In this document: positions 1-6,311 of the stretch, one piece after another
Layout of the letters: the number at the start of each line of letters is the position of its first letter
How positions within the stretch are numbered: the stretch's first letter is position 1
UHGV virus genome: UHGV-0466844
Source of the DNA: a virus
Direction: 5' to 3' (one strand)
Length of the DNA stretch: 38,567 bases
The notes under the pieces: generated by a model
The model's input: only the letters and a program-made list of their open reading frames with translations
Told to the model about the DNA's origin: nothing
Database searches by the model: none
Program-made: the position numbers and the translations under genes

Positions 1-750
1 GAAGTACGTATGTGTTTCTACGCCTGCAAAGATTACAACTGTATGGATCACACGTTCTTCTTTTGATTCAATACTGAGCGATCCAGCAGTCACACTTCTT
101 GATTGCATGGGTTGTTCTGTTTGCATGGAGTCTTCCTCCTTCTTCGCGTATTGGGCAAATCGAGCACCATTGAAATTTTGCATTTGTTTTTTTGATTTAA
201 TGCTTGTTGTTCCGGGTTTTACATTAGTAGTGATTTTGCCTTCTTTTCTCAACCTATTTACCTTTTGGACAACCTTTGTATATTGTTTTCCAGTAATTCG
301 TGCAAGCTCTGGATAATTTGACACATATCCATTAGCGTCAAATTCAACTTTATCTAAGATCATTGCAACTTCTTGGTTAGTCCAGTGTGCCAAACGTTTA
401 CTTTTAATTTTTCCTATTGATTGCAGCTTAGAAGCTTTTGTTGAACAAGACGCCTCAGATCTTCCTAATGTCTCTGCAATATCAGCGTAAGAACTGCCTT
501 GCTTATACATAGCAATCAATCGTTTTTCTTCTGTAGCAGTCCAAGGTCTGCCTTTACTATCAAAAGCAAGTTCTCGTTTGGTCTTAGGTAATGCACCATC
601 ACGACGCAACTCATATATTTTTTTTGAAACTGCAGCAACTGATCTTCCTAATTTTTTTGCCATATCCTCGACATTAATGACCTCATTTGTTTCAGCCAAT
701 AAAGCATTTTTTTGAATATAAGAAACTTCTTTAGTAGTCCAATACTTCAT
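1..750 (-). CDS. Partial early-region protein (>=250 aa; the C-terminal part is beyond the window) with three ~50-aa internal repeats, each with a W-T-x-x-E helix-like motif; putative DNA-binding protein
   Basis: Hand reverse-translation from ATG (plus 748-750) to position 1 is open with no stop. RBS GAGGAGGTG lies upstream. The repeats KYWTTKEV, RPWTATEEKRL and AHWTNQEVAM are spaced ~50 aa apart. This ORF is absent from the six-frame track because no stop lies in the window. Confidence 0.5.
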   Translation of the reverse strand, partial: MKYWTTKEVSYIQKNALLAETNEVINVEDMAKKLGRSVAAVSKKIYELRRDGALPKTKRELAFDSKGRPWTATEEKRLIAMYKQGSSYADIAETLGRSEASCSTKASKLQSIGKIKSKRLAHWTNQEVAMILDKVEFDANGYVSNYPELARITGKQYTKVVQKVNRLRKEGKITTNVKPGTTSIKSKKQMQNFNGARFAQYAKKEEDSMQTEQPMQSRSVTAGSLSIESKEERVIHTVVIFAGVETHTYF

Positions 751-936
751 TTTTATCACCTCCTCAATCGTCTCCTATAAGCTATCTCGTCATACTGAAT
801 CAGCCACCACATAATTGACACCGGTAATACGATTAAAGCCCAATCTGGTAATTGACGGTGGTTTCCGAACCAAACGCCTAGAAAGAATATGGTGATCAAG
901 AACGCTGACCTTCGTAAACTTTTCATAGAATCTTTC

Positions 937-952
937 CTTTCTTTGGTATAAT
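937..952 (+). promoter_or_regulatory. Sigma70 extended -10 promoter (TGgTATAAT, 944-952); the 16-mer CTTTCTTTGGTATAAT is identical to the one at 34664-34679
   Basis: TGnTATAAT match read directly. It lies ~45 nt upstream of the TTG start at 1002, which has RBS AAAGGAGA. Confidence 0.45.
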
Positions 953-1001
953 CTCCTTATCAGTCAGTGGTCGGCTGAAATAATCAAAAGGAGATGATTA
1001 T

Positions 1002-1202
1002 TTGTTTGTTGATGCAAAAGAGTTTGCTTTAGCTGTTGTTTCTTCCTCTAATCCAAATTTGACAATCCAAGAGAAATTTGAATTATACGAAGCAGCTTAT
1101 TCGCTTGCCGATTCAAAAATTAGGCAAGTAAATGACGAGCGGAAGAAAAAACAACCTTCGGTTAAAGATAAAATTAACGCTGCAAAACAGTTGGGGCTGT
1201 AG
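1002..1202 (+). CDS. Small hypothetical protein (66 aa, TTG start), opposite strand to the surrounding early operon
   Basis: ORF with RBS AAAGGAGAtgattatTTG and its own promoter. It overlaps the 3' end of minus ORF 1174..1392 convergently by 29 nt. It could instead be an antisense transcript. Confidence 0.35.
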   Translation: MFVDAKEFALAVVSSSNPNLTIQEKFELYEAAYSLADSKIRQVNDERKKKQPSVKDKINAAKQLGL

Positions 1203-1392
1203 CTAAAGCTTTGAGGATTTCTGCAATTGTGCGGATTTCCTCTTTTTCGAATTGATCAATCAATCGATTAAAGGTCCCTACAGCTGCTAAAGATAGCTGT
1301 TGTTCGGATCCCGAAAAGGCAGATTCATACATTTCTAACAAATCTTCACTCTCGTTTTTTTCTATTCCTTTGATTTCTTCCATTCCTCTCAC
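1174..1392 (-). CDS. Hypothetical early protein (72 aa)
   Basis: ORF in the leftward early operon; ATGA-type overlap with the upstream gene. Confidence 0.45.
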   Translation of the reverse strand: MRGMEEIKGIEKNESEDLLEMYESAFSGSEQQLSLAAVGTFNRLIDQFEKEEIRTIAEILKALATAPTVLQR

Positions 1393-1583
1393 CTCAAATC
1401 TATTTGCCGATTCAATCGGTTTTGATAAAGTAACTCCTGATACCTTTTGAGATCTCTAACTAGCAAATCTCGTTGAGAGTCGCTCAGTATGCTTTTGCGA
1501 TCGTGTAGCTGCTCGTGCAAGCTGTGTACTTTCTCTTTGGCCAAGGTGTCAATCAGCAGCTCTTGTTGTAGTGTGTAGTTCAT
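1389..1583 (-). CDS. Hypothetical early protein (64 aa, coiled-coil-like)
   Basis: ORF translationally coupled (ATGA overlap) to its neighbours in the early operon. Confidence 0.45.
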   Translation of the reverse strand: MNYTLQQELLIDTLAKEKVHSLHEQLHDRKSILSDSQRDLLVRDLKRYQELLYQNRLNRQIDLR

Positions 1584-1756
1584 GCACTATCCCTACTTTC
1601 ACTACTAGATCTTTTGGAATGATACTCAAGTCTTTCATCGGCCGTCATTTTACGAATTGAAATTGAAACACGTTCGCCAGATTGTTCTTCATGAATCCTT
1701 TCCAAAGCCCTAGCTAATCTATCGAGATTCAAACTTCCGTTTATTTTAACTGTCAT
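1580..1756 (-). CDS. Hypothetical early protein (~58 aa, MTVKINGSLNLDRLARALERIHEEQ...)
   Basis: Hand-translated; not in the track because it is <60 aa. Strong RBS AAAGGAGGGAGTTCAATG. Its stop overlaps the start of 1389..1583 (GCATGA). Confidence 0.4.
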   Translation of the reverse strand: MTVKINGSLNLDRLARALERIHEEQSGERVSISIRKMTADERLEYHSKRSSSESRDSA

Positions 1757-1772
1757 TGAACTCCCTCCTTTT

Positions 1773-1790
1773 TGTATCGTTTACGATACA
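1773..1790. promoter_or_regulatory. Operator-like palindrome TGTATCG-TTTA-CGATACA (half-sites are perfect reverse complements) between the cro stop and the next early gene
   Basis: Read directly. A near-identical site sits at 2028-2045 in the cI/cro intergenic region. Confidence 0.5.
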
Positions 1791-1791
1791 T

Positions 1792-2007
1792 TCAGTTAAA
1801 AAAAATAGCCAATACTTCATCATTGTTCAAATCAAGAGCTTTGGAGATAACCTGAATTTCGTTACGAGTAAAATCACTGTTCCCATTTTTTTTGTTATAA
1901 AAAGCTGATTTACTCATATCAATACCGTAGCTTTTCAACTTAACTAAGAATTCTTCGATAGTCATCTTATTAGCTACTATTTTTGCACGTAGCAGTTCTT
2001 CTCGCAT
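1792..2007 (-). CDS. cro: Cro-like XRE-family helix-turn-helix regulator (71 aa)
   Basis: Small HTH protein divergent from the cI-like gene. RBS AGGAGGAcatgatATG. It is the first gene of the leftward early operon. Confidence 0.7.
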   Translation of the reverse strand: MREELLRAKIVANKMTIEEFLVKLKSYGIDMSKSAFYNKKNGNSDFTRNEIQVISKALDLNNDEVLAIFFN

Positions 2008-2027
2008 ATCATGTCCTCCTCTCTTAT

Positions 2028-2045
2028 TGTGTCGTTTACGATACT
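2028..2045. promoter_or_regulatory. Operator TGTGTCG-TTTA-CGATACT directly abutting the -10 of the leftward (cro) promoter
   Basis: Same 7-4-7 palindrome family as 1773-1790, placed over the predicted transcription start of Pcro. Confidence 0.5.
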
Positions 2046-2046
2046 C

Positions 2047-2075
2047 ATATTAGCACCTGTGCATTCGAGAGTCAA
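2047..2075 (-). promoter_or_regulatory. Putative Pcro: -35 TTGACT (plus 2070-2075), 17-nt spacer, -10 TAATAT (plus 2047-2052)
   Basis: Consensus-like hexamers read on the reverse complement; positioned to transcribe cro. Confidence 0.45.
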
Positions 2076-2125
2076 CATAAAAGTTTCTTAAAATACACAA
2101 AAAATGTTTTTTATAACACTATTGG

Positions 2126-2154
2126 TTTACAATAAGATACAAAAGTAGTAAAAT
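2126..2154 (+). promoter_or_regulatory. Putative repressor promoter: -35 TTTACA, 17-nt spacer, -10 TAAAAT
   Basis: Hexamers read directly ~40 nt upstream of the cI start. Confidence 0.4.
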
Positions 2155-2193
2155 TACTTCTATAAAAGTCTAAGAATGATAGGAGTGAAATTG

Positions 2194-2790
2194 ATGGCTA
2201 CATTTAATTTAAAAAAACGTAGAGAAGAACTGAATTTATCGCAAGAATCTGTCGCTGAATCTATTGGCGTTACAAAAGCAACTGTAAGCAAGTGGGAAAA
2301 AGGCGATATAGCTAATATGAAGAGAGACAAAATCGCTTTATTAGCAAAAGTTCTTAAAGTTAGCCCTTTAAGCATCTTGGGATTAGAAGATGTTAGTGAT
2401 AGTGATCGAGTGATGATTCCTATATTAGGAACAATAATGTGTGGTGAACCAATTTTAGCGGAAGAGAATATCGAAGGTTATAGAGAAGAGATTGCTGACT
2501 TTTTACCATCTGGTGAATTATTCTTTCTTAAAACAAAAGGTGACAGCATGGAACCTACAGTGCCTGAGAAAAGCTATGTTTTACTAAGAAAACAAGAAGA
2601 TGTCGAAGATGGCGAAATAGCTGCAGTTATAGTTAATGGGGATAATGAAGCAACATTAAAACGAGTAAAAAGACAAAATGGAATAGTTATGCTTATTGCA
2701 GATAACAAAGATTATAGTCCAATATTGATTACCCCTGAAAACCCCGCGCGTATTATTGGTAAAGCTGTTAAAGTTAGTTTCGATCTATAA
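2194..2790 (+). CDS. cI: CI-like phage repressor: N-terminal XRE HTH plus C-terminal S24 (LexA-like) autopeptidase domain
   Basis: HTH region (QESVAESIGVTKATVSKWEKG) and S24 motif KGDSMEPT present. Preferred start is the second ATG (2194) with RBS AGGAGTGAaattgATG; the track ORF starts at 2176. Confidence 0.85.
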   Translation: MATFNLKKRREELNLSQESVAESIGVTKATVSKWEKGDIANMKRDKIALLAKVLKVSPLSILGLEDVSDSDRVMIPILGTIMCGEPILAEENIEGYREEIADFLPSGELFFLKTKGDSMEPTVPEKSYVLLRKQEDVEDGEIAAVIVNGDNEATLKRVKRQNGIVMLIADNKDYSPILITPENPARIIGKAVKVSFDL

Positions 2791-2872
2791 AAAAATCCCT
2801 ACCAAAGTTGCGACTTCGATAAGGGATCAGTATATTATGCATATTAATTATATCAAAAAAGAGGTGAAAGTA

Positions 2873-3073
2873 ATGGCAAAAATTAAATGTCCTAAATGTA
2901 GAAGTACCGATGTTGAGTTTATGAGCAATAATAGAAAAGGTTTTTCAGCTGGAAAAGCAGCGGCTGGTGCTGTGCTGACTGGTGGTATTGGTCTGTTAGT
3001 TGGTTTCGCCGGAAAAAAAGGTAAAAATGAATTCTTCTGCAGGAAATGTAACAATACTTTTTTGCATAAATAA
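2873..3073 (+). CDS. Small protein (66 aa) with two CxxC pairs (CPKC, CRKC) flanking a glycine-zipper hydrophobic segment; unknown function
   Basis: Internal ATG with RBS AAGAGGTGAaagtaATG (the track ORF 2756..3073 extends upstream without an RBS). Sequence GKAAAGAVLTGGIGLLVGFAG. Lies between cI and int, a common accessory-gene slot. Confidence 0.45.
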   Translation: MAKIKCPKCRSTDVEFMSNNRKGFSAGKAAAGAVLTGGIGLLVGFAGKKGKNEFFCRKCNNTFLHK

Positions 3074-3075
3074 AA

Positions 3076-3109
3076 AAACACGCTCCTCCGACCAAGAAAG
3101 CGCGTGTTT
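3076..3109. repeat. Inverted repeat AAACACGC/GCGTGTTT (8-bp arms, 18-nt loop) after the zinc-ribbon ORF; possible terminator
   Basis: Arms read directly. No T-run follows on the plus strand; a T-run is present only on the minus side. Ambiguous. Confidence 0.25.
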
Positions 3110-3116
3110 AAAATAA

Positions 3117-3159
3117 GGCAATAGCTTATTTAGCTATGCCTATTATACTAAATAATAGG
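3117..3159. repeat. Two adjacent inverted repeats just upstream of the serine integrase: GGCAATAGCT-tattt-AGCTATGCC (3117-3140) and CCTATTAT-actaa-ATAATAGG (3139-3159). Candidate attP core or int operator.
   Basis: Read directly. The second repeat overlaps the int RBS region. Confidence 0.35.
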
Positions 3160-3171
3160 ATGTGATTCAAC

Positions 3172-4527
3172 TTGCAACGAGTAGCGATTTATATGCGTGT
3201 ATCAACTGATCAGCAAGCGAAACATGGTGACAGTTTAAGAGAACAACAAGAAACATTGGATGAATACATTAAGCAAAATAAAAATCTCAAAGTTGTAGAT
3301 AAGTATATTGATGGCGGTATATCAGGTCAGAAATTAAATAGAGATGAATTCCAGCGATTACTCGATGACGTGAAAAATGATCAAATAGATCTAATACTTT
3401 TTACGAAGTTAGATCGCTGGTTTCGTAATTTGAGGCACTATTTAAACACTCAAGAAATATTGGAAAAACACAATGTTTCATGGAATGCCGTGTCTCAACA
3501 ATATTACGATACAACTACAGCGTATGGGAGAACTTTTATCGCACAAGTGATGAGTTTTGCTGAATTGGAGGCACAAATGACTTCAGAAAGAATTAAGTCT
3601 GTTTTTTCCAACAAAATCCAACAAGGTGAAGTTGTTAGTGGGAAAGTCCCTTTAGGCTATAAGATTGAAAACAAAAGATTAGTTCCCACTCCTGATAAGG
3701 ATATTGTGATAGATTTATTTGATTATTATGTTCGAGTTGGATCTTTGAGAAAAACAACAACTTATCTAGAGGAAAAACATGGAATAGTTCGAGATTATCA
3801 AAGTGTTCGAAAACTTTTAACCAATGAAAAATACATCGGCAAACTTCGAAATAATCCAAACTATTGCGAACCTATTATCGACAAAGATGTTTTTGAAACA
3901 GTTCAACTAAGGCTATCTCAAAATGTAAAAACTAGCGGTTCACACGATTATATTTTTAGGGGACTTGTTCGATGTGCAGATTGTAATGGCAGCATGTCTT
4001 GTTCAACTTTAAAATCAAAGTATATAAAAAAGACAGACGGAGAAGTATCATATTACATTCGATCTTGTTACAGATGTACCAGACGAAGGAACAACCCTAC
4101 AAGATGTAAAAATAAAAAGACTTATTATGAGCGAGCATTAGAACGTTATTTGCTAGATAACATACAGACGAATATTGCAATGCATGTAAGAACTTTGAAA
4201 AAAGAGGTAACAAAGAAAGATTCTGTAAAAAGAAAAAAAGATGCTCTTTTCGTAAAAATCGAAAGATTAAAAAAAGCCTATCTTAACGAAATTATTGAGT
4301 TAGATGAATATAAACGTGATAGAGAAATGTTGGAAAACGAAATAGCCAATTTGAAAGAACCTAAAATCAATAAAAATATAGCTCCGTTAAAAAAAGTCTT
4401 GAGTGATGACTTCTTTGAAAAATATGAAAAAGCTTCAATTAATCAAAAAAATGAGTTATGGCGCTCAATAATAGAATCAATAGAGGTTAGTGTAGATGGA
4501 AATATCACTATAAATTTCTTGCCGTAA
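3172..4527 (+). CDS. int: Large serine recombinase (phage integrase): resolvase catalytic domain, recombinase domain, Cys-rich zinc ribbon and C-terminal coiled coil
   Basis: N-terminus (M)QRVAIYMRVSTDQQ has the catalytic-Ser strand. Cys cluster CADCNGSMSC...CYRC. Size 451 aa. TTG start with RBS AGGATGTGAttcaacTTG. Confidence 0.9.
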   Translation: MQRVAIYMRVSTDQQAKHGDSLREQQETLDEYIKQNKNLKVVDKYIDGGISGQKLNRDEFQRLLDDVKNDQIDLILFTKLDRWFRNLRHYLNTQEILEKHNVSWNAVSQQYYDTTTAYGRTFIAQVMSFAELEAQMTSERIKSVFSNKIQQGEVVSGKVPLGYKIENKRLVPTPDKDIVIDLFDYYVRVGSLRKTTTYLEEKHGIVRDYQSVRKLLTNEKYIGKLRNNPNYCEPIIDKDVFETVQLRLSQNVKTSGSHDYIFRGLVRCADCNGSMSCSTLKSKYIKKTDGEVSYYIRSCYRCTRRRNNPTRCKNKKTYYERALERYLLDNIQTNIAMHVRTLKKEVTKKDSVKRKKDALFVKIERLKKAYLNEIIELDEYKRDREMLENEIANLKEPKINKNIAPLKKVLSDDFFEKYEKASINQKNELWRSIIESIEVSVDGNITINFLP

Positions 4528-4588
4528 TTTATGTGCCTAACTGATACTTTCCGCTGGGATGGGATTAATTAGTACATCTAAAAAAACT

Positions 4589-4615
4589 TTCACATTTTAC
4601 TAAGTAATTTGTTAC
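4589..4615 (+). promoter_or_regulatory. Putative promoter (TTCACA -35; extended -10 TGtTACAAT) for the small membrane-protein pair
   Basis: Hexamers read directly upstream of 4646. A small palindrome TTACTaAGTAA sits in the spacer. Confidence 0.35.
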
Positions 4616-4645
4616 AATAACATTAGAGGGAGGCAGCGAAATATA

Positions 4646-4915
4646 ATGAAAAATAAAATATCTGTTGTTACTGGTGCGCATCCTACGACAAAAAAAGAAC
4701 GTATATATGAAACTGTCCTCTATACATTTGTTTTAATTGTTTCCATGGTCATCGTCTCGTGGTTATTCCATTTAACTGACGGATGGTTAGTTCTTCTGTT
4801 ATTGGGCTTCGTTTCTCTTATTTATTTTGCAATAATGTATGACACTTGGACCCGTCAAAGTACAGAAGATCATGAAATTATTGATAATCCTGTTTGTGAA
4901 AAGGATAAGGAGTGA
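4646..4915 (+). CDS. Small membrane protein (89 aa, two predicted TM helices)
   Basis: Hydrophobic stretches VLYTFVLIVSMVIVSWLF and WLVLLLLGFVSLIYFAIMY. The RBS GGGAGG is 12 nt from the ATG, which is suboptimal. Confidence 0.35.
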   Translation: MKNKISVVTGAHPTTKKERIYETVLYTFVLIVSMVIVSWLFHLTDGWLVLLLLGFVSLIYFAIMYDTWTRQSTEDHEIIDNPVCEKDKE

Positions 4916-4919
4916 TTTT

Positions 4920-5066
4920 ATGGGAGTTAAAAATGTTAGAAAGAAGATCCATGAAGATGTTTCTCTTTTTAGGGGTAGGGTCCCTTTATGGAAAAGGGTA
5001 ACATTGTGGATTGTAATAGGCGTAATATTAATAGACATGATTTTAACCCACATAGTCTTTAAATAG
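4920..5066 (+). CDS. Small membrane peptide (48 aa, one TM) translationally coupled to 4646..4915
   Basis: Strong RBS AAGGAGTGAttttATG. TM segment VTLWIVIGVILIDMILTHIVF. Not in the track (<60 aa). Confidence 0.4.
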   Translation: MGVKNVRKKIHEDVSLFRGRVPLWKRVTLWIVIGVILIDMILTHIVFK

Positions 5067-5075
5067 AACTATTAA

Positions 5076-5100
5076 GCCCACTCAAACGAGTGGGCCTTTT
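5076..5100. terminator. Rho-independent terminator (GCCCACTC-aaac-GAGTGGGC, then CTTTT) between the convergent membrane-protein cassette and the endolysin
   Basis: 8-bp GC-rich stem followed by a T-run on the plus strand; read directly. Confidence 0.65.
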
Positions 5101-5105
5101 GCATA

Positions 5106-5996
5106 TTATAGAATATTTCCCCAATCTGACAACTTACCTATAGCAATATACCCCTTCTTGTAAGAATCATTTCGCGGTTGTACACCCCAAATATAGCCTG
5201 AACCAGTTACAATATCATTAAACTCAACTTTACTGCCCTTTTTTAAGGTTGCAATAATCTTGCTATTAGTATTTGCGCTAACACGTAAATTAATATTGTC
5301 TTTTAAAGTTACAGTTTTCATTTTTATTTTTCCTCCTATCGTCGAGTTATTAGATGACACATTGTTGTTTGAACTAGCAGAAGGCTTACCAAAAAGATAT
5401 TCAAATCCTTTGCGAACAATCCGATTCAAGTCGAGCGGTCCGGAATAGCCACTTAGTTTTCCATTTGATGTGTACTGATGGAGATCATAGTTAGAAGTAG
5501 CTGTGGGATTCGAACCATTATACTGGCCATTGTTTGAACCGTATGTGGGAATCCAGATACCATCAAATTTTGAAGTATCTAAATTAAAGCCGGCATACAA
5601 GTGGTTTGCAATATATGCCCCCACTTTTTTAGCACCTAGCGATTTCAATTTTGTTCGGTACTTTTCAATCCCAGTTCTCATATCGCTCATTGATTTTTCT
5701 TCTACGTCAAGCCACCAGAATGTTGGATTATATGCTTTAGCACGATTGTAGAAATCTGTCGCCTCTTTCTCCATATCTGAATTAGAAACTCCTCGAACCC
5801 AAGCATACACCGCTACTGGAACACCACGTTTTTGAAATTCTGCAATATGAGTTTTGTAGTGCTTGTCGATATACCTTGATCCATACTGTATACGAACAAT
5901 TACACCGTCAATAGCACTGGCCAACTTATCATAATTGATAGTGTTTGGCGTTTGCCATTCACTAATATCCAAAATAACTGGTGTTGGAATACTCAT
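5106..5996 (-). CDS. Endolysin: GH25 muramidase catalytic domain with a C-terminal SH3b-like cell-wall-binding domain
   Basis: N-terminal region from MSIPTPVILDISEWQ onward with downstream D/E-rich motifs looks GH25-like. C-terminal segment TVTLKDNINLRVSANTNSKIIATLKKGSKVEF...GYIWGV looks SH3-like. Start chosen at the internal Met with RBS GAAAGGAtgattaaaATG; the track ORF extends to 6068 and overlaps the holin. Confidence 0.8.
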   Translation of the reverse strand: MSIPTPVILDISEWQTPNTINYDKLASAIDGVIVRIQYGSRYIDKHYKTHIAEFQKRGVPVAVYAWVRGVSNSDMEKEATDFYNRAKAYNPTFWWLDVEEKSMSDMRTGIEKYRTKLKSLGAKKVGAYIANHLYAGFNLDTSKFDGIWIPTYGSNNGQYNGSNPTATSNYDLHQYTSNGKLSGYSGPLDLNRIVRKGFEYLFGKPSASSNNNVSSNNSTIGGKIKMKTVTLKDNINLRVSANTNSKIIATLKKGSKVEFNDIVTGSGYIWGVQPRNDSYKKGYIAIGKLSDWGNIL

Positions 5997-5997
5997 T

Positions 5998-6309
5998 TTA
6001 ATCATCCTTTCGCTCAGTGAATTCTTGGCCATCTCCATAATCGACTGTATCTTTCTTTGGCTGTTCATAGGTTAAGGCTTGCTTGCTATCAGTAATACCT
6101 GTAGTTGTTGGATCATTGACGATGCCAATAATCACCAGAACTGCAAAAACTGTATTGACTACTACGATCAGTTTGTTAACCAGGTCGCCAAAATCATACT
6201 CAAATCCAAATACTGCAGCAATTGCTTGCACAGCTAATGCCAATGCTGGAATCACTGCCAACCAAAATGCCTTGCTTTTCAAACGTAATTTCCAATTAAT
6301 GTTGTTCAT
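5998..6309 (-). CDS. Holin (103 aa, two TM helices, charged C-terminal tail)
   Basis: TM segments FWLAVIPALALAVQAIAAVFGF and VFAVLVIIGIV. Sits directly upstream of the endolysin with an ATGATTAA-type junction. Confidence 0.75.
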   Translation of the reverse strand: MNNINWKLRLKSKAFWLAVIPALALAVQAIAAVFGFEYDFGDLVNKLIVVVNTVFAVLVIIGIVNDPTTTGITDSKQALTYEQPKKDTVDYGDGQEFTERKDD

Positions 6310-6311
6310 GT

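Noticed and set aside
107-316. Track ORF 107..316 (+), 69 aa
   Set aside because: It lies entirely inside the continuous minus-strand CDS 1..750, has no RBS, and is hydrophobic junk typical of an antisense frame.
752-936. Repeated TAATTGAC(A/G)C..GGT motifs (about 812-870), considered as DnaA boxes/iterons
   Set aside because: There are only two imperfect copies and no match to the TTATCCACA consensus. More likely they are regulatory sites of the divergent promoters; there is insufficient evidence to call them.
3076-3109. Inverted repeat after the zinc-ribbon ORF, considered as an intrinsic terminator
   Set aside because: It has an 18-nt loop and no downstream T-run on the coding (+) strand. 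It is kept only as a low-confidence repeat. It might instead block antisense read-through.
4528-4645. Searched the int-downstream gap for an attP-like long imperfect palindrome
   Set aside because: I found only short palindromes (ATTAAT; TTACTaAGTAA inside the promoter spacer) and nothing of the 40-50-bp serine-integrase attP type. The stronger inverted repeats are upstream of int (3117-3159).
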